Positions 1 through 8,627 are shown, numbered from the stretch's first letter. The stretch is 56,793 bases of DNA from a virus (IMGVR_UViG_3300048839_000639:1-56793); one strand, 5' to 3'. A program made the numbers and translations. Notes: generated by a model not told the origin, from the letters alone.

Positions 1-136
1 TACAAAATCATCGGCTTTGTCATCATCGCGCTCGTGGCGTTGATGCTGGCCGGATGCGGCGACGGCGGCGGCGGCACCAGCTCGCTGCGGCAGCGCATCA
101 ACGGCGGGCAGGCAAACACCCAGCCCACCCCCGCCC
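1..136. repeat. Terminal direct repeat (assembly overlap), copy 1
   Basis: Identical to 56658-56793 except position 127 (A vs C in a C-run); indicates a circular contig. Confidence 0.97.
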
Positions 137-423
137 CGCAGGTGACAACCGTTGTTGAGCGCGAGACCGTGCGCGAAACGGTGGAGGTTGTTCGAGAAGT
201 GTCGGTTGAAGTTCTGGCGACCGTGGAAGTGCCGGTTGTGCAGACCGTCCTCGTGGAAGTGGTGACCACCCCGATGCCAGATGTGCAGGGCTTTGCGGCG
301 CCGGCCAGCGACTGCAACACCTACGTTGCCCTGCCTGTGACCGTTGAGCCGGACGGCACGATCAGCGGCACGTATCTCATGTGCGCGTGGGAAACGGCCG
401 TTGCAATCAGCGAGGGCAAATAA
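1..423 (+). CDS. Lipoprotein (3' part; true ATG at 56646 across the circular join)
   Basis: MQNVYKIIGFVIIALVALMLAGC: signal peptide with LAGC lipobox, followed by Val/Glu-rich VEV repeats. Confidence 0.8.
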   Translation, partial: YKIIGFVIIALVALMLAGCGDGGGGTSSLRQRINGGQANTQPTPAPQVTTVVERETVRETVEVVREVSVEVLATVEVPVVQTVLVEVVTTPMPDVQGFAAPASDCNTYVALPVTVEPDGTISGTYLMCAWETAVAISEGK

Positions 424-424
424 C

Positions 425-2047
425 ATGGGCAAAATCTGGAACGCAATCACCAAAAAGTCTGGCGACACCGACCTGACGCCCCGCCCCATCGGGCAGCCGG
501 CGCAGGCGCAGACCGACGCGCCGGACAGCGGCGACAACATGACCAGCATCGCCAAAGGCGTCGGCATTCTGGCCGCCGTGATGCTGGTTGTGTCCATCGT
601 GTGGGTATTCACGTTTGCATGGCGCAACGTGCACGAGTTGTTTGAGCGCCATCTGATGGCCGACTCGCTGACGGCGACACTGGCCGCCGGCTCGTCGGTG
701 GGCATGATGGCCGTGCTGCTGCTCGTCACGTTCGGCATCCGCCACAACCGGATGCGCGGACTGGCGACGCTCTACGCCGCCGGCTGGTTTGCCATCGTCG
801 TGGCACTGGTGACGATCAAAACGCTGTTTGATGCGGCGGCAAGCGACAGCCCAAATCTTAAGGAACTCGCCAACAACGTGCTCAGCACCGCGCCGTGGCT
901 GGCAAACATGGGCAGTGTGCTGGCGGCGATTCTGGCCGGCTTGTGCATCGCGCCTGTGGCAAGCATGTTCGGCGCGGCCAAACACACCGCCAACGACATG
1001 ACCGAGGACGAGGCGCGCGCGCGCTACGCATGGAACGCCGGCAAGCTCATCATCTCCGGCGCATCCATCGGACTGGCCGTTCTGTTTGGCGCAAACGTGA
1101 TCGGCATCAACGTGTTCATCGCCGTGCTGCTGGGCCTCGTGCTCGATGTCGGCTTCATCGTCGCGCTGCAAAAGGCCGAGTCGAGCGCTCAGGCCGGCGA
1201 CCATCGCGCAGCCGGCACATGGACAAAGTTTGTTTGGGTGTATGGCAGCTTCATCGCGCTCATGGCAATTGAGACCATCCCCGCCCTTGCCAAAATCATG
1301 GGCACGCCGGTGGATGTGCCTGGCATCACCGACAACCAGTTCCTGCACTCGCTGGGCCGGTTTGCCTACATCGCGGCCATCGGCATGGGCATCCTCACGA
1401 TTGTGCTGACGGCCACCAGCAACATCCGCCAAAAGCGCGACGAGGACGCAGCGGATGCAACGCCGGCCAGCGTGGCGACGATCAAGCAGCCTGCCGCCCC
1501 TGCCGCCCCACTGAGCCGGCGCATCGCAGGCGGCATCCGCGAGGCGCGCGCCGGCGCCGGCGAGATTGGCGAGGCACTGCGCGGCAGGCCGGCGCCGCAG
1601 TTGCCCGAAGGCGTTCAACTGACGGCCACCAATGGACGCGACGGCGCTGCGTGGGAGATGAAGCGCGATGGGCAAACCGTCGCGTCAGGCAAGGAGCCGC
1701 CGCTGACCGAGTCGAAGGACGCCGGCAATGCCGCACTTATGGCAAGCGGCGGCAATCCAGTAAAACGCGCCGAGAACGGCACGCCATACGATGCCACTGG
1801 GTTGATTGTGTCACCCGATGAGGGCGAGGAGCTGATGCGCCGGCACCGCGAGATGTTGGAGCGCAGTCAATCAAGCAATCCGCGCGGATGGGAAACCATA
1901 AGTGAGTGGATGCCAGTCAACTCAATTCGCGTGCGCGAGTTGGGTAAGGCGGGTTGGGAGTTGGTAGGTGTCGGCGACAGAGAGATGCACCGCACTGGTG
2001 ACATGCAGCCGAGCAGACTACACACCTTTCGCCGCCCAAAAACATAG
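425..2047 (+). CDS. Polytopic membrane protein with low-complexity C-terminal tail
   Basis: About 8 hydrophobic segments; ATG 425 follows the lipoprotein stop. Confidence 0.8.
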   Translation: MGKIWNAITKKSGDTDLTPRPIGQPAQAQTDAPDSGDNMTSIAKGVGILAAVMLVVSIVWVFTFAWRNVHELFERHLMADSLTATLAAGSSVGMMAVLLLVTFGIRHNRMRGLATLYAAGWFAIVVALVTIKTLFDAAASDSPNLKELANNVLSTAPWLANMGSVLAAILAGLCIAPVASMFGAAKHTANDMTEDEARARYAWNAGKLIISGASIGLAVLFGANVIGINVFIAVLLGLVLDVGFIVALQKAESSAQAGDHRAAGTWTKFVWVYGSFIALMAIETIPALAKIMGTPVDVPGITDNQFLHSLGRFAYIAAIGMGILTIVLTATSNIRQKRDEDAADATPASVATIKQPAAPAAPLSRRIAGGIREARAGAGEIGEALRGRPAPQLPEGVQLTATNGRDGAAWEMKRDGQTVASGKEPPLTESKDAGNAALMASGGNPVKRAENGTPYDATGLIVSPDEGEELMRRHREMLERSQSSNPRGWETISEWMPVNSIRVRELGKAGWELVGVGDREMHRTGDMQPSRLHTFRRPKT

Positions 2048-2058
2048 CGCCGGCATCG

Positions 2059-2535
2059 GTGAATAGCGATTCTGGCACGGGTGACACTGTGCCAGAATCG
2101 GCGTTGTCGGCGAGTGAAAATGATGCACCACAAGGCGAAACACAGAACAGCGAGCAAAACGCAGAAAACAAGCCGGATTCAGACGTTTTAGGGGAGAAAT
2201 TAGGGAGAATTTCAGGGGAGAATTTCAGGGGCGAAATTGAGCCGGCTCAGGGAGAAATTCAGGGAGAAATTTCTGCACCGGATCAGCGCGGGTCAGGGAG
2301 AAATTACACATGGAGCATTTCGCAGGAAACGCTGGCCTCATATCGCATTTTGAAATACAAGAGCGGACGCTATTTCAAGGCTCGCTCAACCTACAGGAGT
2401 GGTAAACAACATGACAAACACATCTGCGCAGTCGCGCCCATCTACGAAACCCAAAACAGTCATAAAGCGAAAGCAGCGCGAGCCGCTTACGCCAGGCAAC
2501 GAAAGACTTCTGCGGGACGCACTCGCCAACGGTGA
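2059..2535 (+). CDS. Hypothetical protein, acidic N-terminus and basic C-terminus
   Basis: ORF in operon orientation; contains the AGGGAGAAATT repeat array. Confidence 0.5.
   Translation: MNSDSGTGDTVPESALSASENDAPQGETQNSEQNAENKPDSDVLGEKLGRISGENFRGEIEPAQGEIQGEISAPDQRGSGRNYTWSISQETLASYRILKYKSGRYFKARSTYRSGKQHDKHICAVAPIYETQNSHKAKAARAAYARQRKTSAGRTRQR
2189..2305 (+). repeat. Array of 7 short direct repeats, consensus (C/T)AGGG(G)AGAA(A)TT
   Basis: Copies near 2189, 2201, 2213, 2226, 2248, 2260 and 2294. Confidence 0.85.
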
Positions 2536-2722
2536 CGCGACCGTGCTGGCAATGGCGTTCAGCGTTGGCGTGGAGATCGACGCCGAAGGCGCGACGATGG
2601 ATTTGCCGCCGGCAAGCTATGCCATCGTCATGTTGCACAGCAATCCGCCTGACCTGCGCGGGTTGTATGGCTCGCAATCGCCGGCGGTGGAAGTGCCGGC
2701 CAGTGAGCCCGCAACCACTTGA
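2411..2722 (+). CDS. Hypothetical protein
   Basis: ORF with upstream AGGAG; overlaps the previous ORF. Confidence 0.55.
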   Translation: MTNTSAQSRPSTKPKTVIKRKQREPLTPGNERLLRDALANGDATVLAMAFSVGVEIDAEGATMDLPPASYAIVMLHSNPPDLRGLYGSQSPAVEVPASEPATT

Positions 2723-2747
2723 CGCGTAAATACAAGCGCGCTACAAC
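2719..2747 (+). promoter_or_regulatory. Sigma70-type promoter, probably leaderless
   Basis: TTGACG-17 bp-TACAAC with ATG 6 nt downstream and no SD. Confidence 0.65.
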
Positions 2748-2753
2748 GTCGGT

Positions 2754-2912
2754 ATGGCGAAGGAACAAACGTCTTACCGTATCAGCGTAGTCGCAAAGCA
2801 TCTTCTCGCGCTTCTATCCGCAAAACTCGGCCTCAGTCAAACCGCTGTCATTGAACTGGCAATTAGGCGGCTTGCTGATGCCGAGGGCGTTAAAGTGGAA
2901 GGTAGTAAATGA
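2754..2912 (+). CDS. Ribbon-helix-helix (CopG-like) protein, 52 aa; not in ORF track
   Basis: MAKEQTSYRISVVAKHLLALLSAKLGLSQTAVIELAIRRLADAEG shows beta-helix-GLSQ-helix pattern; ATGA overlap with the next gene. Confidence 0.75.
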   Translation: MAKEQTSYRISVVAKHLLALLSAKLGLSQTAVIELAIRRLADAEGVKVEGSK

Positions 2913-3391
2913 CGGGCTACGTTTATTTCATCAGTGACGGGGTGGCAGTGAAGATTGGCATTGCCAGATTAGTAGGCGCTCGATTGCGTGACTTACAGAC
3001 TGGCAACACTAAACAACTGTCGGTTTTACACACCATAGAAACCAATGAGCCCCGCAAGGTTGAAGGCTGGCTGCACTGGAAGTATTCAGACCGTCGCATT
3101 GTGGGGGAGTGGTTTGCCTTGACTGCGAGCGACATTGATGATGTGAAAGCCATGAACCTGTCGCAGGGTTTGCCTGATAAAAAGATGGTGGCTGATGGAA
3201 TGGGCAAAGGCTTTACATTCGAGCAGGTGCTTTCATTCCTTGAGTCTGCCGTGTGGCACTGTCAACAGAATGGCATTGATGTGAAATTGATTAATAAGCC
3301 GGACGCCCTATGGCTAAAAGTTGATGGGGCAGAACTGACGGTAAATGGAATCCTTGAAGTTGAGCGGCCCGCCCGGCAGGTGACACCATGA
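2909..3391 (+). CDS. GIY-YIG (T5orf172/MUG113-like) nuclease-domain protein
   Basis: GYVYFI...VKIG...RLRDLQTGN...E..LH...GEWF motifs; lower GC than flanks. Confidence 0.85.
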   Translation: MTGYVYFISDGVAVKIGIARLVGARLRDLQTGNTKQLSVLHTIETNEPRKVEGWLHWKYSDRRIVGEWFALTASDIDDVKAMNLSQGLPDKKMVADGMGKGFTFEQVLSFLESAVWHCQQNGIDVKLINKPDALWLKVDGAELTVNGILEVERPARQVTP

Positions 3392-3648
3392 CCAAAATTG
3401 AAACCATGTATGCCGGCGCGGTTGGCGAGATGACCGCGCTCAAGCCCGACGCGCCTGATTTTGAGACGCGCCTTGATGCGCTCGTCTCGCTGCTCATCAA
3501 GATCAAATACGCCTCGCACCTGCGCGAGGTGAGGGCGGACGGCTCGACCGACTGGGCGACGGCAGATCACTTCCTTGCGCAAGTCGAATCGGGCATGCAC
3601 CAGCACGGCATTGTGTCGGGCTGGCAGGACAAGGCGGTGACGAAATGA
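3388..3648 (+). CDS. Hypothetical protein
   Basis: ATGA-coupled ORF. Confidence 0.65.
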   Translation: MTKIETMYAGAVGEMTALKPDAPDFETRLDALVSLLIKIKYASHLREVRADGSTDWATADHFLAQVESGMHQHGIVSGWQDKAVTK

Positions 3649-3839
3649 CGATGCAGCAGGCAATCATGCAGATTGAATCAACCGGCGGCATGGCCCGTCA
3701 GCCGGCGCGATCCACGGCGCTTGCGGTGTGGGTTCACAAGGCAGTGCCGGCGGCATTCGATAGGGCGGTGGCGCGTATCAAGGCGGCAGGCTTCACAGTC
3801 ATCGTGTGCAAGTCGCGCGAAATGTTTGACGGGAGGTAG
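3645..3839 (+). CDS. Hypothetical protein
   Basis: ATGA-coupled ORF. Confidence 0.6.
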   Translation: MTMQQAIMQIESTGGMARQPARSTALAVWVHKAVPAAFDRAVARIKAAGFTVIVCKSREMFDGR

Positions 3840-3860
3840 GCAACCTCACCGCTTCAACAT

Positions 3861-3899
3861 GAAAAAAAAGCGCCGGCCACCAGGTCGGCGTTCTTTTTG
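3861..3899. terminator. Probable bidirectional intrinsic terminator
   Basis: A-tract, GCGCCGGCC/GGTCGGCGT stem, T-tract. Confidence 0.65.
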
Positions 3900-4020
3900 T
3901 CTGACGCTCGTCAGCCGACACTTGCCAGCCTCACACCGTCGGCAGGTGAGCCGGCCCCGTGTAGGAGAACGTGTAGAACATATGTCCTTTGCGACAATCA
4001 GGGTGTAGACGTTTCTCCTC

Positions 4021-4347
4021 TTGGTGTGCCGGCTGTGGATTTTTGGGGACACACAGCCGGCAACCGAAAAATTGACTGTGGGGCAAAGCACAGCAGAAAC
4101 CGCGCACCCTCGTGCGGCTGGACCAGCCGCAGGATTCACACCCGACCCCGACGCGACACCACAAACGCCCTTTGAGGCGGAGCTGTTGCGCAATCTCCTC
4201 AGATTCATTCGGGCGCTCGATCAAAAACACAACATCGTCTTACAGCGCGGCATGTGGGTGGCCGTGCGCGCTTCACCGCGCGGCAGCGCAGGGCCGGACG
4301 CAAAACTGCTTGAGCTTGACAGCCGCATATTCAACAACGAATCATGA
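4021..4347 (+). CDS. Hypothetical protein (start uncertain)
   Basis: ORF whose stop overlaps the phosphoesterase ATG. Confidence 0.45.
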   Translation: MVCRLWIFGDTQPATEKLTVGQSTAETAHPRAAGPAAGFTPDPDATPQTPFEAELLRNLLRFIRALDQKHNIVLQRGMWVAVRASPRGSAGPDAKLLELDSRIFNNES

Positions 4348-5630
4348 GCGGCAAACTATCGGATTACTGGATTGAAAAAGAGCCGGTATTGGTAGCAGAA
4401 GCACAAAATAGAATCGTGAACGGCAAGATGCCCTTCGGCGGATGGAACGAGATTGCTTCCATCGTAGGCCGGCCAGCATCGCAGTGTCAGCAGCAGTATC
4501 AACGCGCCGTCCAGTCGGGCAGGGCCGGCCGCGAGGACACCGCAGAGCCGGCCAGAGACCCCGTTGCAGAAGAAACAGAGCGGCGCGACCGCATGCGCCG
4601 GCTGCGCGAGGAACAAGAGTTACTTAAGGCCGTGGCCGGCGAGAAGTCCTTGCGCGCCATGCTGGACGCACTGGCCGAGAAGGCCGCTGCGCGTTTCACG
4701 GCGCCGCCACCCTACAGAGCGCCCAAGCCCACCAAACGCACCACGCGAGAAAGCATGGTCATGTTGCTGAGTGACTGGCACAGCGCCGAAGTCATCTCCA
4801 AAGAAGGCACCCGCGGCCACAATGAATACAACGCCTTGATTACATCGCAGCGCGCGCGGCGGGTGACCGACGGCGCAATCGGCATCAAGTCAAAACTTGA
4901 GGCCGGCGGCTGGCACTTCGATGAGATGGTCGTCGCGCTCAATGGCGACTTCGTTCCTGGCACGATCCACGAGATTGAGAAGTTCACCGATGCGGCCAAT
5001 GTGGTGGTCAATGTGCACGGCACCGCGTGGATTCTGGCGCAAGCCCTGCGCGACCTGGCCGGCGTGTATCCAACACTGCGCGTTTATTGCTTGAGCGGCA
5101 ATCATGGCCGGCTGCCCGATGCACGCCGGATGCAGCAGAAGGAGCCGCTGCGCAACTGGGACACGCTCGTGTATCTCTACGCAAGGGCGTTTCTGTCGAA
5201 TGTGCCAAACATCGAATGGCACATCCCCAACGCCTACAGCGTCCTGTTTGACGTGAAGGGCTTCACGTTTGCGCAGACGCATGGACACGACATCAAGGGC
5301 TGGGCCGGCATCCCGTTTTACGGCATCCAGCGATCCACGCGCAACCAGAACGCGCTTGAAGCGGCGCGCCGGCGCACCATCAACTATTGGCTGCTGTCGC
5401 ACTTTCACACGCAATCCAGTCTGCCGCAGGCGGCCGGTGAGGTGTTTGTGAACGGCAGTCTGTGCGGCGGCACGGAATACACGGTGAACGGCCTGGGCGC
5501 GGCAGACCCGCCCAACCAGCTCATGTTTGGCGTGCATGCCGAGCACGGCGTGACGCATCGATGGCCGCTGTATGCATCGGCTGAGGCGGATGCGCCGAGC
5601 TACGACATGGGCGGGTGGGTGATCGGGTGA
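4344..5630 (+). CDS. Calcineurin-like metallophosphoesterase with N-terminal HTH/coiled coil
   Basis: SDWH, NGDF, SGNHG, THGH and SHFH motifs in canonical order; WNEIASIVGR HTH-like segment. Confidence 0.85.
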   Translation: MSGKLSDYWIEKEPVLVAEAQNRIVNGKMPFGGWNEIASIVGRPASQCQQQYQRAVQSGRAGREDTAEPARDPVAEETERRDRMRRLREEQELLKAVAGEKSLRAMLDALAEKAAARFTAPPPYRAPKPTKRTTRESMVMLLSDWHSAEVISKEGTRGHNEYNALITSQRARRVTDGAIGIKSKLEAGGWHFDEMVVALNGDFVPGTIHEIEKFTDAANVVVNVHGTAWILAQALRDLAGVYPTLRVYCLSGNHGRLPDARRMQQKEPLRNWDTLVYLYARAFLSNVPNIEWHIPNAYSVLFDVKGFTFAQTHGHDIKGWAGIPFYGIQRSTRNQNALEAARRRTINYWLLSHFHTQSSLPQAAGEVFVNGSLCGGTEYTVNGLGAADPPNQLMFGVHAEHGVTHRWPLYASAEADAPSYDMGGWVIG

Positions 5631-5633
5631 CAA

Positions 5634-5671
5634 CAAAAAAGCGCGGCACCTGTGAGCGTGCCGCACTTTTT
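5634..5671. terminator. Bidirectional terminator between convergent genes
   Basis: AAAAAA-GCGCGGCAC...GTGCCGCAC-TTTTT. Confidence 0.8.
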
Positions 5672-5682
5672 GCTACTGTGCT

Positions 5683-6114
5683 TTACCGCAGTGCCTCCAT
5701 CGGCGCTAGATTTTGCTCGCCCTTGCCAACGCGATTCCACCAGCGTTCTGCCGCGTCCACCAGCGTAAGCTTGTCGGTATATGACAGCGCGGCGAGTTTG
5801 CGCACCAGCGCCGGCCCGTCAACTTTCCATTTTTGGTCGAGGTGATTGAGCGAGATGGCGTCGCTGATTTCAGCGTCAATGAAGATGAGCGCGTGCTCGT
5901 CAAAAAATCCGGTGCCGTTCAGCGCATCCAGAATCAGCGAGATTTCGCCCTCGCTGAATTGCTCGCGCAGGCGCCGGCGTGCGACGGCCAGTACGTAGAG
6001 ATACCGCGACAGCATTTTGCTGATGGTGCCGCTGCGGTTTTCGCCGGCGTTGCGTAGCTCAATCTCGGCGGTGAGTTCGGGTTGCAGGGAGATGGGGAAT
6101 TTGTCGGCTGGCAT
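5683..6114 (-). CDS. RHH-like regulator with helical C-terminal domain
   Basis: KFPISLQPEL...NRSGTISKMLSRY resembles an RHH fold; last gene of the leftward operon. Confidence 0.6.
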   Translation of the reverse strand: MPADKFPISLQPELTAEIELRNAGENRSGTISKMLSRYLYVLAVARRRLREQFSEGEISLILDALNGTGFFDEHALIFIDAEISDAISLNHLDQKWKVDGPALVRKLAALSYTDKLTLVDAAERWWNRVGKGEQNLAPMEALR

Positions 6115-6117
6115 GGG

Positions 6118-6333
6118 TTAATCCTTGATCCAGTCCCACAGCCGCTGTAACAGCGTGCGGGGCCGGCGATGCAGGTTGAGTCGCTTTGCCGCTTCTTGCA
6201 CGCTCAGCACATGCATGTGCGGCTTGATCTTCGTCGGGTCGATGAGCGTGACGCGCTGGCCGCGCAGGATGGCTACCGCGCGGCCGGTCTCGATCAACGT
6301 CAGCAGGTCTTCGTCAAACTCCTCGCGGTTCAT
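6118..6333 (-). CDS. Hypothetical protein
   Basis: ATGA-coupled to the upstream gene. Confidence 0.65.
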   Translation of the reverse strand: MNREEFDEDLLTLIETGRAVAILRGQRVTLIDPTKIKPHMHVLSVQEAAKRLNLHRRPRTLLQRLWDWIKD

Positions 6334-6656
6334 GCGCTGTATTCCACAGCGCAGTATTCATAGTCGCTGCGCTGCGGCACGTAGTTTTTGTCAGCTTTGC
6401 GCTTGGGGTCAACCAGGCGGAAGTTCAGCCGGCACACCAGCATCGTGTCGCCGCTGGCGAGCGTCGTCTCGGCGCGGCTCACCGGCACGTGCACACCAGC
6501 GATCTGCTGGATGTGCGTCGCAGTGGCTTCGTAGCCGACGAATGACTGAAACGGCGCGGCGCGCAGGCGCTCTGCAAATTCGGACTCGGTGAGCATCGTC
6601 ATGCGATAGGTGCCGGCCTGCGGCATCATCGCGGAGTTCATGAGTTTTGTGGTCAT
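6330..6656 (-). CDS. DUF1874 / AcrIII-1 (STIV B116, YddF)-like ring-nuclease fold protein, variant
   Basis: LMNS..P, FQSFVGYEATA (cf. F.SAIGH..TA), VPVSR, L.SGD.MLV.RL..RL match the family pattern; 108 aa; good SD. Confidence 0.8.
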   Translation of the reverse strand: MTTKLMNSAMMPQAGTYRMTMLTESEFAERLRAAPFQSFVGYEATATHIQQIAGVHVPVSRAETTLASGDTMLVCRLNFRLVDPKRKADKNYVPQRSDYEYCAVEYSA

Positions 6657-6865
6657 TCGTGGTTGATCTCCTCGACAGCGGCTTCCGGAGTCGTGTGGAA
6701 TCCGCTGGTGTAGTGGCCGGCGGCGGTATACATCACCGCGCCGGCGGCGTCACGGTGGGCAAACACATCCACCTGTGCACCGCAGCAGTCATAGGTGACT
6801 GCGACGCGCAGTGTGTCAGAGTTTGCTCGGTCAAAGTCTTGCGGGGTGTGCGGTTTGATTTTCAT
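6653..6865 (-). CDS. Hypothetical protein
   Basis: MKIKPHT...; stop overlaps the DUF1874 start. Confidence 0.55.
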   Translation of the reverse strand: MKIKPHTPQDFDRANSDTLRVAVTYDCCGAQVDVFAHRDAAGAVMYTAAGHYTSGFHTTPEAAVEEINHE

Positions 6866-6871
6866 GGGAAA

Positions 6872-7003
6872 CAAAAAACGGCGAACACAAATTGATGTGT
6901 TCGCCGGCAGTCGCGCTCTTTCAGAATTTCTTTTCGCCACTAAGGGCAATTCTGCAAAAGTTGCAGTCCCCTCGTGCGGGGTTGGCTGCGCGACTGCCGG
7001 CGA
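6872..7003 (-). promoter_or_regulatory. Structured RNA element with overlapping terminator (attenuator-like)
   Basis: 16-bp perfect inverted repeat 6901-6916/6988-7003 enclosing two hairpins; 11-bp terminator stem 6879-6906 plus U6 shares 6 nt with it. Confidence 0.7.
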
Positions 7004-7005
7004 GT

Positions 7006-7581
7006 CTACATCGTCTCCACCTCGGCGTCAATCACGACGCCATCTTCGTCGCGGTATGTGCCCACGCGCCGACCGCGCAGGTATTCAACCTCGGCCATTC
7101 CGCTTTCGCTGAGATACAGCGGGGCGGCTTCCTCGCCCATGCGCAGGTAGCCATACGCTGCCTCGCTCCACTCGTCGGGGAGCGTGGGCGTGATGTCGCG
7201 GTCGTGGTCGCCGCGCTCCACCTTCTCCGCGTGCTGACACGCGGGGACGGTGATTGACATGTGCAGCATCGGCATCGGGATGCAGGTGCGCGCGTCGAAC
7301 GAGCGGATGTTGAGCAGGTCGTAGTAGCCAACCTCGCCTGAGTCGGCGTCGTAAAACATAGACTCAAGGCCGGCGTCAACCTCGACAAAAAAGAACGTCT
7401 GAAACGTCTGCGCGCTCAAGTCGCGTTTGTTGCGCGTGATGATGTGCAGCGCGGCGACGAAAAACAAATTCGCGCTGTAGTAATCGCCGGCGTTCTTTGC
7501 GCGCTCGATCAACTCGATGAGTGCGTGAATTTCGGCGAAAACGTCGGGCTTGGTCGGCATGTTCATGGCTTTTGCTGTCAT
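7006..7581 (-). CDS. Hypothetical acidic protein (start 7581 or 7566)
   Basis: Long ORF in operon orientation. Confidence 0.65.
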   Translation of the reverse strand: MTAKAMNMPTKPDVFAEIHALIELIERAKNAGDYYSANLFFVAALHIITRNKRDLSAQTFQTFFFVEVDAGLESMFYDADSGEVGYYDLLNIRSFDARTCIPMPMLHMSITVPACQHAEKVERGDHDRDITPTLPDEWSEAAYGYLRMGEEAAPLYLSESGMAEVEYLRGRRVGTYRDEDGVVIDAEVETM

Positions 7582-7634
7582 CCCCTCTCGCGGGGATATT
7601 TCATCGCCGCGAGAGGGGAGAGTGTGTTGATGGA

Positions 7635-8627
7635 TTAGAGCGCCCTCACAAGCCACTGCATGTATTCGGGCGAGTCAACAGCCACGGCTTCGCACGGCTC
7701 GATTTCTTCCTCGTAGCCCTCATCAGTCGGGCTGTCGCTGGCGGCCTTGACCAGCCAGACGATTTTGACGCGATCCGGTTCCAGGTTCGGATGCGCGAGG
7801 AGCACCGCGTCGCGCTCGTTGAGGGCTTCGATGGAAGGGCAGACGCGGTCTTTCCATTCGGCGGCATCCTCGTAGTCGAGGACGTAGCCAGGAAACTCGG
7901 CGGCGGCGCGCTCAATGAAATACAGCCGTCCGCACTCGTGGCCGGCGGCCATGCCACGGCGCAGGCGTTCGCTGCCGTGCTCGTTTGCCCACGCGATACG
8001 CGCATCGCGTGCAGCTTGCTTCGCCGCTTCCTTCTCGGCGGCTTCCGCCGCCTTGCGCGCTTCGGCCTCGGCCTTGAAAGCGGGTTGCAGTGCGAGGTAT
8101 TCAGCGCGCGCGGCTTCATAAGCGCGCAGGTCGATTTCCGCGCCGGCCTCGCGCGCGTTCGCCATCTGCCGGTCAATGTTGCCGCCGGTGTAGGTCGCGC
8201 TGCGCGCCTCGATCAACGCGCGGTAGTTGGCCGCGATGCCGTCAATGTGAGCCTGCGCACTCACGCGCACCTGCTCGCGGTGCAGCGCGGCGAGGCGGTC
8301 GAACTCGGCCTGATGCATCTCGCGCGATGCGAGTGCATTGCCGGCGCGCGCGATCCAGTCAGCGATGCTTGGCAGCGTCTCAAACTCGTCAGCTCGCTCG
8401 GTGATCCACTGAGGCGCGCCAGTGGTGCTATACATCTGCCGCGCGCCAGTGGTGCGCGCCGGCATCTCATAGCACTCGTTTTTCACACAGCGCACGAGCA
8501 CCGCGCGCTGCTCAGGGGTGAGCAACACGGGATCGAACTCAATGCGCTCAGTGCGCGCGAGTTGCTTGCCGGTGGCGATGAAATGAGCACTAATCAGTTT
8601 CTGCGTCGGGTGAAATTCTGCGAACAT
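7635..8627 (-). CDS. Hypothetical protein with Ala/Glu coiled coil
   Basis: CAGGAG SD before MFAEF; 330 aa. Confidence 0.75.
   Translation of the reverse strand: MFAEFHPTQKLISAHFIATGKQLARTERIEFDPVLLTPEQRAVLVRCVKNECYEMPARTTGARQMYSTTGAPQWITERADEFETLPSIADWIARAGNALASREMHQAEFDRLAALHREQVRVSAQAHIDGIAANYRALIEARSATYTGGNIDRQMANAREAGAEIDLRAYEAARAEYLALQPAFKAEAEARKAAEAAEKEAAKQAARDARIAWANEHGSERLRRGMAAGHECGRLYFIERAAAEFPGYVLDYEDAAEWKDRVCPSIEALNERDAVLLAHPNLEPDRVKIVWLVKAASDSPTDEGYEEEIEPCEAVAVDSPEYMQWLVRAL

Noticed and set aside
1-136. Biological terminal repeat of the virion DNA
   Set aside because: It falls inside a gene and has the size of an assembler overlap; more likely a circularity artefact
2754-3391. 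RHH/GIY-YIG toxin-antitoxin pair
   Set aside because: The layout is TA-like, but T5orf172-type domains are common phage accessory proteins and nothing in the sequence shows toxicity
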